A stretch of 64,000 bases of DNA, from sequence record SRR20825006_497, one strand, 5' to 3'. Made by a program: the position numbers and the translations under genes. The notes beneath the pieces were generated by a model. It saw nothing but the letters and a program-made list of their open reading frames with translations. It was not told the origin of the DNA and searched no databases. This document shows, piece by piece, positions 8,718 to 16,855 of the stretch. Within the stretch, counting starts at the first letter, position 1. Every line of letters begins with the position of its first letter.

Positions 8718-9455
8718 ATGACGGAGACCCCCATGCCCCGCACGATGCCCCGCACGCCCGTATGGAAATCCATCGCCGAAACCCTGAGCGAAGAGATCGC
8801 GCGCGGGCATTATAAGCCGGGGGATAAATTGCCAACCGAGGCGGAATTGTCCGCCCGGTTTGGCGTCAATCGGCATACGGTGCGTCACGCCCTGTCCGAT
8901 CTGGGCGAGCGCGGCATCGTGCGTTCAAGGCGTGGCGCGGGGGTGTTTGTGCAAAGCGCACCGGTGGATTATCCGCTCGGCAAACGGGTGCGGTTTCACC
9001 AGAATATCCGCGCCACGGGACGGTTGCCCAACCGCCGGGTGTTGCGCCTTGAAACCCGGCCCTGTGATGCCACTGAGGCCAGTGTTTTGGCACTTTCCCC
9101 CGGAGAAAACGTTTTGATTTATGAAGGCTTATCCCTGTCAGGCGACACGTCCGTCGCGCATTTCATTTCGATTTTCCCGATCACCCGGCTCGCTGGTCTC
9201 GACACCCATTTGACCCAAACCACCTCGGTGACGGAGGGGCTCAAAGCCGTTGGGATCGAAGATTATGTACGGGTCGAAACCCGCGTCAGTGCCGAAAGGA
9301 CCACCACCACTCAGGCGCTGCACTTGGGCCTGCGCGAAGGGGACCCGCTGTTGCACACCGTCAGCCTGAACTCCACGCTCGACGGCATCCCCGTCGAGCG
9401 TGGCCTGACATGGTTTGCCGGAGATCGGGTGACGCTAACTGTCACACCGGACTGA
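8718..9455 (+). CDS. phnF: GntR/HutC-family phosphonate regulator
   Basis: PGDKLPTEAELSARFGVNRHTVRHAL wHTH, RRGAGVFV, UTRA-like C-terminus; divergent from phnG. Confidence 0.93.
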   Translation: MTETPMPRTMPRTPVWKSIAETLSEEIARGHYKPGDKLPTEAELSARFGVNRHTVRHALSDLGERGIVRSRRGAGVFVQSAPVDYPLGKRVRFHQNIRATGRLPNRRVLRLETRPCDATEASVLALSPGENVLIYEGLSLSGDTSVAHFISIFPITRLAGLDTHLTQTTSVTEGLKAVGIEDYVRVETRVSAERTTTTQALHLGLREGDPLLHTVSLNSTLDGIPVERGLTWFAGDRVTLTVTPD

Positions 9456-9482
9456 TCCAAACGTCACGCAGGCGATACAAAG
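9439..9482 (+). promoter_or_regulatory. Pho-box-like 11-bp repeat array upstream of second phnM
   Basis: CTGTCAC(9439)/GACTGAT/ACGTCAC(9461)/GCGATAC(9472) in 11-bp phase. Confidence 0.5.
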
Positions 9483-9536
9483 CCTCTGTATTTATTCCTG
9501 AATTATTAGAAACGTCTTAAGTGGCAGGTGTGAGTT

Positions 9537-10715
9537 ATGGCGATCCTTCCCCCGCTGCGCTTTACGGGCGCAACCCTTCTTCGTGACGGCATATTGCAAC
9601 GCCGTTCGCTCTGTGTCGAACAGGGCCGGATTTCGCGCGGCGCCTTTCCCGAGGTCGATCTGTCGGGCTATCTGATTCTTCCGGGCATCATTGATTTGCA
9701 TGGCGATGCGTTTGAACGCCACATCGCGCCGCGTCCGCGCGCGCCCTTCCCGATCCGCTCGGGCCTCTCCTCTGCCGCACGCGATGCGGCGGCGCATGGG
9801 GTCACGACGGCGTGGTTTGCCCAGTGTTGGAGCTGGGAAGGCGGATTGCGCGGGCCGGACTATGCCGAGGAGTTGCTCGGCGTGTTGCAGGCCTTTGCCC
9901 CAACCGCCCTGATTGATATTCGCCTGCAAATCCGCTGTGAAACCCATATGGTCGACAGTCGGGATCGGCTTTTGGCCGCGATCCGCCGGTTTGGCGTCGA
10001 TTACGTGATTTTCAACAACCACCTGCCCGAAGCGATTGACGTCGCCAAGAAAGACCCGATGGAATTCGCCACATGGGCCAAACGCAGCGGGCGCAGTTCG
10101 GAAGAATTCATCAAGGTTTTGCGCGAGGCCAAGGATCGCAAATCCGAAGTGCCGCGTCACCTTTGCGCGCTGGCCGAGGCCTTTGATGTGCTGGGCGTCA
10201 CCTATGGCAGCCACGATGACCCGGACGCGGAAACCCGCGAAGAATTCCGCCTTTTGGGCGCGCATGTCGCCGAATTTCCGATCTCGGAAAAGGCGGCGGC
10301 TGCTGCCAAGGCGATGAATGACCCGGTTCTGATGGGCGCGCCCAATGTGGCGCGTGGCGGGTCGCAGTCGGGCAACATCTCGGCCCAACGCCTGATCGAA
10401 CGCGGCCTGTGTGACGCGCTGGTCTCGGATTATCATTACCCGGCTTTGGCGGCAGCGGCTTGGGCCTTGGTGGACAAGGGGGTGTTGCCCCTGCCTGCCG
10501 CTTGGGCGATGATTTCGACCAAGCCCGCCGAGATCATGAACCTGTCTGATCGCGGCAATCTTGAATTTGGCAAACGCGCCGATTTCGTGATCATGGATGA
10601 AGAGACCCGCGAGATCGAAGCCACAATCTCAAACGGTCGCATCGCCTATCTGTCGGGGCGGGTCGGAGAACGCCTGGCACGTTCTGGTCGGGATGTGCGG
10701 ATGGCGGCGGAATAG
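9537..10715 (+). CDS. phnM: Second PhnM-family amidohydrolase (diphosphatase paralog)
   Basis: PGIIDLHGDAFERH, GSHDD, AEFP, MGAPNVARGGSQSGN, LVSDYHYP. Confidence 0.88.
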   Translation: MAILPPLRFTGATLLRDGILQRRSLCVEQGRISRGAFPEVDLSGYLILPGIIDLHGDAFERHIAPRPRAPFPIRSGLSSAARDAAAHGVTTAWFAQCWSWEGGLRGPDYAEELLGVLQAFAPTALIDIRLQIRCETHMVDSRDRLLAAIRRFGVDYVIFNNHLPEAIDVAKKDPMEFATWAKRSGRSSEEFIKVLREAKDRKSEVPRHLCALAEAFDVLGVTYGSHDDPDAETREEFRLLGAHVAEFPISEKAAAAAKAMNDPVLMGAPNVARGGSQSGNISAQRLIERGLCDALVSDYHYPALAAAAWALVDKGVLPLPAAWAMISTKPAEIMNLSDRGNLEFGKRADFVIMDEETREIEATISNGRIAYLSGRVGERLARSGRDVRMAAE

Positions 10716-10744
10716 ACCCGTCGCCTGTCCGCCTACCCCTCCGT

Positions 10745-11359
10745 CTATTCGTATTTCTCAAGAAACGCTTCGGCAGGCAGAGCGCGAAAATCGGTGAGCG
10801 CGCGCTTCAGCGCCGCATGGCTCCAATCCCACCACGCCAAGGCCTCCATCCGCTCGGCGATCCCGTCCGGGTAGCGCGCGCGCAGCGGCGTGGCGGGCAC
10901 ACCCGCGACAATCATATAGGGCGCGACATCTTTGGTCACCACCGCACCCGAGGCCACGATGGCCCCATTGCCGATGGTTACCTCGGGTTTGATGATCGCG
11001 CCATGGCCGATCCATGTGTCGTGGCCGATGATCGAGCGCCGGGCAGAGCGCGCGGCAAAGAACGCCGGATCGTCTTCGGCATCGTCCCAATAGTAAGACG
11101 AGCGATAAAGGAAGTGATGCAGGGATGCGTTTTTATAGGGGTGATCGGTGGGGCCGATCCGGGTGAAAGCAGCGATATTCGCAAATTTGCCCAAAGTGGT
11201 GTTGGCGATGTCCGCGTATTGATCGCAATAGGCGTAATCCATGAATTCGGAGTTCAACACCCGCGCGCCCTTGCCAACCTCGCAATAGGCACCAAAGGTC
11301 GACCGGGTCACCTCGGCTCCGTCATGGATAAAGGGGGCGGTGGCACTGAGTTTTGGCAT
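10745..11359 (-). CDS. Hexapeptide-repeat (DapH/DapD/CAT-like) acetyltransferase associated with phn clusters
   Basis: IGHDTWIGHGAIIKPEVTIGNGAIVASGAVVTKDVAPYMIVAGVPA, LAWWDW. Confidence 0.9.
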   Translation of the reverse strand: MPKLSATAPFIHDGAEVTRSTFGAYCEVGKGARVLNSEFMDYAYCDQYADIANTTLGKFANIAAFTRIGPTDHPYKNASLHHFLYRSSYYWDDAEDDPAFFAARSARRSIIGHDTWIGHGAIIKPEVTIGNGAIVASGAVVTKDVAPYMIVAGVPATPLRARYPDGIAERMEALAWWDWSHAALKRALTDFRALPAEAFLEKYE

Positions 11360-11395
11360 GATTTACCTCGTTGAAATCGCGGATGCCTCCGGCGG

Positions 11396-11453
11396 GAGTA
11401 TTTCGGTCACGATAAAGACTGCAAGTGCTGATTTCATTGCAGATCAAATACTC
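11396..11453. repeat. Inverted pair of a short dispersed intergenic repeat (GAGTATTT...AT(G/A)AA)
   Basis: GAGTATTTCGGTCACGATAAAGA at 11396 and an inverted copy TTTCATTGCAGATCAAATACTC ending 11453; a third copy at 59905-59927. Confidence 0.55.
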
Positions 11454-12780
11454 AGTCGCCCTTGATCAATTTGCGCCGCAGCCAGCTTGAGATCGTGTCC
11501 ATCCCCATCACCATCAAGACGATGAGAATGATGTAATAGGTGACCTCTTCCCAATCCTTTTGGGTGATCATGGCTTGGGTCAGCAAAAGCCCGATACCGC
11601 CTCCGGTGATCGCGCCGATGATGGTGGCGGAGCGGGTGTTGGATTCGAGGAAATACAGCACCTGCGAGAGTAGCACGGGGACGATTTGCGGGATCACGCC
11701 GAAACGGTAGCGCTGCATGGGTTTGGCGCCTGTGGAGGCGATGCCTTCGATCTGTTTGCCATCGACGTTCTCCAAGGCCTCGGAAAACAGTTTGCCGAAA
11801 GACCCGGTGTCGGTGAACAGCATCGCCAAAGCGCCCGTCATCGGACCGGGACCAAAGGCACGGGACAAAAGGATGGTCCAGATCAAGCCATCGACGCCGC
11901 GCAGAAAGTCAAACAGCCGCCGCGCCAGCATCCGCACCGCCATAAAGGGCGCAAAGTTTTTGGCCGCCATGAAAGCGAGGGGCAGCGCAACGATAGCCGC
12001 GCCAAAGGTGCCGAGAAAGGCCATCAAGATGGTTTCAAACAGCGCCCATGCGGTCTCGCCATGCCGCCAAATGGCGTTGTTCCAAAAGTCATGCCATGCG
12101 CCTGCGATGTTCGGACGGGTCGGGTCGAGTTGCGGCCCGGTGAGGACCTCCATCAGCGAGTGACCCGAATAAGGGCTATCCAACGTGACCCAGAACAGCT
12201 CCCAGCCGAAGTCATAGACAAAGACCTCGGTACGCGCTTTGGTCAGCGACAGGCGCGCCGCGTCGGTGGTTATGGTCACGCGGGTTTTGGAATAGGAAAT
12301 CCAGTCCGGCAAATCCGCGGCATCAAAATTGAGCGTCACGCCATCGGTTCGGCTTTGCGTCGCCTCAATCAACCCGAACCCCGGCACATTATAGCGCACA
12401 ATGTCGCCGAGGATCTCAATGGTGCCGCCATCATCGAGGGTGATCGAGGCGGCGTCCTCGCCGACCGTGACCCAACCGGGATAGTTGCTGGCGTCATAGG
12501 TGCCCTTGCGTTCGCCCTCCACCGCGACCCCGATTTCGCCAGTCCGGTTGTTGCGCTCGACCACGGTTTTGTAGCTATAAGTGTCCGAAACCAGCGTCAC
12601 CGCGTTATCAAGCCGGGCGCGCTCAGCCAGTCCCATGATGTCAAAGGCGAAGAAAATATAGACGAAATAGCCCAAGACAAAAAGCGGCGCGACAAAGGTC
12701 AAAAGCCGTTTGCGGGCGATCATCGCGGCGGCGCGGTTGTGCATATGCCTCGGATCGTCAGAGGGGGACACAAAGCTCAT
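11452..12780 (-). CDS. phnE: Phosphonate ABC permease with long N-terminal extracytoplasmic extension
   Basis: ETILMAFLGT, GKLFSEALE, ESNTRSATIIGAITGGGIG. Confidence 0.92.
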   Translation of the reverse strand: MSFVSPSDDPRHMHNRAAAMIARKRLLTFVAPLFVLGYFVYIFFAFDIMGLAERARLDNAVTLVSDTYSYKTVVERNNRTGEIGVAVEGERKGTYDASNYPGWVTVGEDAASITLDDGGTIEILGDIVRYNVPGFGLIEATQSRTDGVTLNFDAADLPDWISYSKTRVTITTDAARLSLTKARTEVFVYDFGWELFWVTLDSPYSGHSLMEVLTGPQLDPTRPNIAGAWHDFWNNAIWRHGETAWALFETILMAFLGTFGAAIVALPLAFMAAKNFAPFMAVRMLARRLFDFLRGVDGLIWTILLSRAFGPGPMTGALAMLFTDTGSFGKLFSEALENVDGKQIEGIASTGAKPMQRYRFGVIPQIVPVLLSQVLYFLESNTRSATIIGAITGGGIGLLLTQAMITQKDWEEVTYYIILIVLMVMGMDTISSWLRRKLIKGD

Positions 12781-13652
12781 TTGCCGGCTCCTTTGTCAGA
12801 TCCATAGGTCAGGCGGTTGCGCACATAAGACGAAAGTTGGTCGAAAAACACGATGGTCAGGAACAACAGGATGAACACGGCAGCGGCCTCGTCAAACTTG
12901 CCCTGCCCCCAGGAAATCGCGTTTTTAAGTTCGTAGCCAATGCCGCCCGCGCCGACAAAGCCAAGGATCGCGGAGGCACGAATGTTGATCTCAAAGCGCA
13001 GAAGGGCGTAGGAAAACCAGTTGGGCGCGACCTGTGGGACAAGGCCCAAAAGCATCCGCTGCGGCCAGATCGCGCCGACAGAGGCGAGACCTTCAAGCGG
13101 CTTTTGATCGGCATTTTCATTGACCTCGGAGAACAGCTTGCCCAGCGCCCCGACGGTGTGAAAGGCAATCGCGATGGCCGCAGGCACCGGCCCGCCGCCC
13201 AAAACGAAAATCAATACAAGCGCGATGACAATCTCAGGCACGGCGCGCATCAGGTCCATGATCCGGCGAAACACCGGGATCAAACGCGGCCAAGGCGCGA
13301 GGCCCCGCGTCGCCAGCATCGACAAGAGAATGGCAAAGAATGCACCAAACAGCGTGGCAACTGCCGCGATATTGATGGTCTCAACCAATGCCGGAAGGGC
13401 ATTCTTCAAATGATCCGGCAGGTTGGCGCGTTTGGTCCAGGCCTCGGACATCACCTCGGCGGGGAAATCGAAAATATGCGGCAGGCCGGGCAAAAACCCA
13501 CCGGCATTGCGGTCATTGGCAATGCCAAAGCCGGAGGCCATCAGCAGCACAAAGACCAAAAGCATGATCCCGCCATAGAGACGGCGTTGACGGGTCAGCG
13601 CAAGATAATGAGCGCGCGTCGCGTCCAGGGGCGCAGCGGAGAGATCGGCCAT
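12777..13652 (-). CDS. phnE: Phosphonate ABC permease
   Basis: RAVPEIV, GALGKLFSEVNE, RFEINIRASAILGFVGAGGIG. Confidence 0.93.
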   Translation of the reverse strand: MADLSAAPLDATRAHYLALTRQRRLYGGIMLLVFVLLMASGFGIANDRNAGGFLPGLPHIFDFPAEVMSEAWTKRANLPDHLKNALPALVETINIAAVATLFGAFFAILLSMLATRGLAPWPRLIPVFRRIMDLMRAVPEIVIALVLIFVLGGGPVPAAIAIAFHTVGALGKLFSEVNENADQKPLEGLASVGAIWPQRMLLGLVPQVAPNWFSYALLRFEINIRASAILGFVGAGGIGYELKNAISWGQGKFDEAAAVFILLFLTIVFFDQLSSYVRNRLTYGSDKGAGK

Positions 13653-13668
13653 GTCGGGAGGTCCTTGT

Positions 13669-13699
13669 AAAAAGACCCCGCACCAAAGCGCGGGGTCTT
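13669..13699 (-). terminator. Hairpin between phnD and phnE (terminator/mRNA-stabilising)
   Basis: AAGACCCCGC...GCGGGGTCTT stem, T-run follows on minus strand. Confidence 0.6.
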
Positions 13700-13716
13700 G
13701 GTCAGATCAAATGATC

Positions 13717-14622
13717 TCAGTTGGCTTGCGACAGACGTGCGGCCACGATGGATTCGTAGGCGGCATGGGTGATCGGCTGGAAGCCCAAGGTTTCGCCCGC
13801 AGCCATGCCGTAGGTGCAATCGGCGTCGGTGTTGATCATATTTTCGACCAGCGCGGTCATGGTGGCTTTGACATCAGCCGGCAAAGATTTGCGCAGCACA
13901 ACCGGACCCTCAGGGATCGGTTTGGAGCGCCAGATTTCCACGAAATCGTTCATGTCCACAAGACCCGCGTCCACGGCCTTGCGGAAGGCACCGGAGTTGT
14001 ATCCGTCTTCCCATGCGCCCTGGCCATCGGCCCAGGTCACGCCAGCGTCGATATCGCCATTGTTGACGGCAACGATGGTCTGTTCGTGACCACCGGTGAA
14101 TTTAACCTCACCGAAATAGTCGCCGGACTCCATGGTGATACCGTCTTTGTACTGCGGGATTTCGATGGAGGGGATCAGATAGCCGGAGGTGGAGTTCGGA
14201 TCGCCAAAGCCAAAGCTCTTGCCAGCCATGTCGTCGAGCGAGGTGATGCCAGTCTCTTTGCGGGCAAAGCCGATGGAGTGGTAGCCATAGGAGCCATCAA
14301 GGTTGATTTTCACCAAAACCGGCTCAACAGCCTCTGGGTCTTGCACATAGATCCCCGCGTAGGAGGACGCGCCGAGCCAGGCCATATCGATTGTGCCGCC
14401 CAAAAGGCCCTGCATCACGCCGTTATAATCGGCGGGGGCAAAAAGTTTGACCGGAACGCCAAGGGCCTCTTCGGCATAGGCGCGCAGGCACTCGTTGGAA
14501 TTCAGACGGTCTTGGGCGTTTTCGCCGCCCAAAAGGCCGATGTTGAATTCTTTGATCTCTTGAGCATGCGCCGCGCCGACAAAGGCGGTGGTCGCAAGAA
14601 CAGCAGCAAGCAGGTTTTTCAT
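13717..14622 (-). CDS. phnD: Phosphonate ABC substrate-binding protein
   Basis: Signal peptide MKNLLAAVLATTAFVGAAHA, GLLGGEN, FGDPNSTSGYLIP, FTGGHEQ. Confidence 0.95.
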   Translation of the reverse strand: MKNLLAAVLATTAFVGAAHAQEIKEFNIGLLGGENAQDRLNSNECLRAYAEEALGVPVKLFAPADYNGVMQGLLGGTIDMAWLGASSYAGIYVQDPEAVEPVLVKINLDGSYGYHSIGFARKETGITSLDDMAGKSFGFGDPNSTSGYLIPSIEIPQYKDGITMESGDYFGEVKFTGGHEQTIVAVNNGDIDAGVTWADGQGAWEDGYNSGAFRKAVDAGLVDMNDFVEIWRSKPIPEGPVVLRKSLPADVKATMTALVENMINTDADCTYGMAAGETLGFQPITHAAYESIVAARLSQAN

Positions 14623-14685
14623 CTGTCTCTCCAGGTTGTATGGCCCGCCCAAGGTTCGGTAAGAGGCGCGCCGGGATGAAAGCGG

Positions 14686-15510
14686 TTAGATCGCGACTTC
14701 GGCATTGCGGATTTCGGCCGCTTCAATGTCGTGGTGATCGCGAATTTCGGTGGATGTGGCGGCCTCGGAAAAATCCGCACCCGCGCCATAAATGTCGCGC
14801 GCCACACCGGTTGTGAGCTGTGCGGGGGTGCCGTCAAACACGACGCGCCCGTCACGCATCCCGATGATGCGGTCGCAATAGCGCCGCGCGGTGTCGAGCG
14901 TATGAAGGTTGGCGATGACCATGCGGCCGTCCTCGTCATGGATGCGTCTGAGTGCTTCCATCACGGTTTGGGCATTCATCGGATCGAGCGAGGCGATCGG
15001 TTCATCAGCCAAGATCACTTTCGGGTCTTGCATCAACGCGCGCGCAATCGCGACCCGTTGTTGTTGTCCGCCAGACAGCGCCTCGGCGCGTTTCTCGGCG
15101 TGTTGGGCGATGCCCAGACGGTCGAGAATGTCGATGGCTTGGTGAATGTCGCTCTCGGGATAGAGGTTGAACATCGTCGCCAGGGTCGAGCGGCGGCCCA
15201 ACGTGCCATGCAGCACGTTCGAAACCACATCCATCCGCGGCACAAGGTTGAACTGTTGAAAAATCATCGCGCAGGTCGATTGCCATTCACGCTTGGCCTT
15301 CCCCGCGAGCGGCAACACATTGCGCCCCTCAAAGGCCAAAACACCCTCAGACGCCTCGGTCAGCCGGTTCATCATCCGCAAAAAAGTCGATTTGCCCGCA
15401 CCAGAACGGCCAATGATCCCGATCATCATCGGGCGGTCCACGCGAAAGCTGACGTTGTCCACGGCGAGGTTGCCCCCAAACCGCTTTGTCAGGCCTTTGA
15501 CTTCGAGCAT
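14686..15510 (-). CDS. phnC: Phosphonate ABC ATP-binding protein
   Basis: [48 protein letters not shown]; start at MLEVKGL. Confidence 0.95.
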   Translation of the reverse strand: MLEVKGLTKRFGGNLAVDNVSFRVDRPMMIGIIGRSGAGKSTFLRMMNRLTEASEGVLAFEGRNVLPLAGKAKREWQSTCAMIFQQFNLVPRMDVVSNVLHGTLGRRSTLATMFNLYPESDIHQAIDILDRLGIAQHAEKRAEALSGGQQQRVAIARALMQDPKVILADEPIASLDPMNAQTVMEALRRIHDEDGRMVIANLHTLDTARRYCDRIIGMRDGRVVFDGTPAQLTTGVARDIYGAGADFSEAATSTEIRDHHDIEAAEIRNAEVAI

Positions 15511-15559
15511 TCTGATCCCCTCATCTCGTTGCGGGGATAAAGCACAGAGTCTGAAACCT

Positions 15560-15592
15560 CTTTGTGACGCTCCGGCAAAAGATTTGTGACAG
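15560..15592 (-). promoter_or_regulatory. Pho-box-like site upstream of phnC
   Basis: Minus strand CTGTCACAAAT/CTTTTGCCGGA/GCGTCACAAAG in 11-bp phase. Confidence 0.55.
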
Positions 15593-15629
15593 CCCCCCTG
15601 CCCCTCTTTTCGCGCCTCAGCGCCAAAAT

Positions 15630-15653
15630 CGCAGATCACGCAGATCACGCAGA
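15630..15653. repeat. 9-bp tandem repeat (CGCAGATCA x2 + CGCAGA)
   Basis: Read directly in the phnC/AbrB intergenic region. Confidence 0.8.
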
Positions 15654-15707
15654 ACCCATGTGCGCAAAAACCGTGCAACTTACCTTGCTCCATGCCCCGA
15701 GCACAGT

Positions 15708-16820
15708 ATGGTGCCCCCAACCGAAAGAGCCGAGGTCGTTACCTTGCCCCAGCCCCTGCCCCCCACACGCCCCGACCCCAAGCGTCTTGCGCTGATCGTG
15801 CTGACCCTGTGCCTCGGTGCCGCGGGCGGCACCGGATTTTATCTGGCACATTTGCCCTTGCCGTGGATGCTTGGGCCGATGTTGGTGATTTTCACCTGCG
15901 TGATGGCGGGCGCGCCGCTTGAGGCGCCAAACGCCTTGCGCCCGATCGTGATCCCGGTGATCGGGGTGATGCTTGGGTCAAGTTTCACCCCCGAGACCTT
16001 TCACCATCTGGCGCGTTGGGGCCTCTCCTTGGCGGGGCTGTCGATCTATCTGGCGATGGCTGCGGCGCTGGTGGTGCCGTTTTACATCAAGGTCGGGCGG
16101 CTTGATCCGATCACCGCGTTTTTCTCCGCCATGCCCGGCGGCCTCAATGAGATGACGGTGATTGGCGGCGCGCTCGGCGGCGATGAAAAGCGGATCATTC
16201 TGGCCCATGCCGGGCGGATCGTCGTGTCGATCTCGATCATCGCGCTGTGGTTTCGGGTGATCCTGGGCTATGAGGTCCGTGGCGTGTCCTTGGCCTCGGA
16301 CCCGGCCACGTCGATGACGGCTTTAAGTGCCTTGATCCTGATCGGCTGTGCGGTTTTGGGCGCATGGATTGGCGGCAAACTCCGCCTGCCTGCACCCGGA
16401 CTTTTGGGGCCGCTCTTGTTGTCAGCGGCCGCGCATATTTCCGGGCTGACCCATTCCTCGCCCCCGGCGTTAATCATCGTGGCAGCACAGGTGATCCTTG
16501 GTTCGTCCATGGGCGCGCGGTTCAAAGGCGCGGGCGGGCGGCTTGTGGCCCAAACGCTGTTGCTCACTTTGGGGGGCACGCTTTTGATGATGGCGCTATC
16601 TCTGGCGGTGGCCATGCTGTTTCACACTTTGTTTGGGCAAACCGTGGAACAAGTGCTTTTGGCCTATGCGCCGGGGGGCTTAACCGAAATGTCCTTGGTG
16701 GCTTTGGCGATGAATGCTGAAGTCGCTTATATCTCGATCCATCACCTCGTGCGGATCGTGATCATCGTGGCCGTGGCACCAACACTCTTGCCCAAAATCG
16801 CAAAACGGATCGGGTATTGA
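15708..16820 (+). CDS. AbrB-family duplicated membrane protein
   Basis: [49 protein letters not shown]; start uncertain (ATG 15708 or TTG 15744). Confidence 0.85.
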   Translation: MVPPTERAEVVTLPQPLPPTRPDPKRLALIVLTLCLGAAGGTGFYLAHLPLPWMLGPMLVIFTCVMAGAPLEAPNALRPIVIPVIGVMLGSSFTPETFHHLARWGLSLAGLSIYLAMAAALVVPFYIKVGRLDPITAFFSAMPGGLNEMTVIGGALGGDEKRIILAHAGRIVVSISIIALWFRVILGYEVRGVSLASDPATSMTALSALILIGCAVLGAWIGGKLRLPAPGLLGPLLLSAAAHISGLTHSSPPALIIVAAQVILGSSMGARFKGAGGRLVAQTLLLTLGGTLLMMALSLAVAMLFHTLFGQTVEQVLLAYAPGGLTEMSLVALAMNAEVAYISIHHLVRIVIIVAVAPTLLPKIAKRIGY

Positions 16821-16833
16821 TCCCGATCCGTTT
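16803..16833. terminator. Hairpin between convergent genes
   Basis: AAACGGATCGGG...CCCGATCCGTTT 12-bp perfect stem. Confidence 0.7.
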
Positions 16834-16855
16834 AAACTGTGTCTTAAAGCGGTGA

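Noticed and set aside
15511-15720. N-terminal extensions in the ORF track (phnC, AbrB, polA, HIT, DUF58 and others)
   Set aside because: Longest-ORF artefacts; starts were reassigned using RBS position, gene overlaps and family N-termini
16832-16847. TTAA-N8-TTAA resembling a CtrA site
   Set aside because: Spacing is 8 not 7 and it lies between convergent 3' ends
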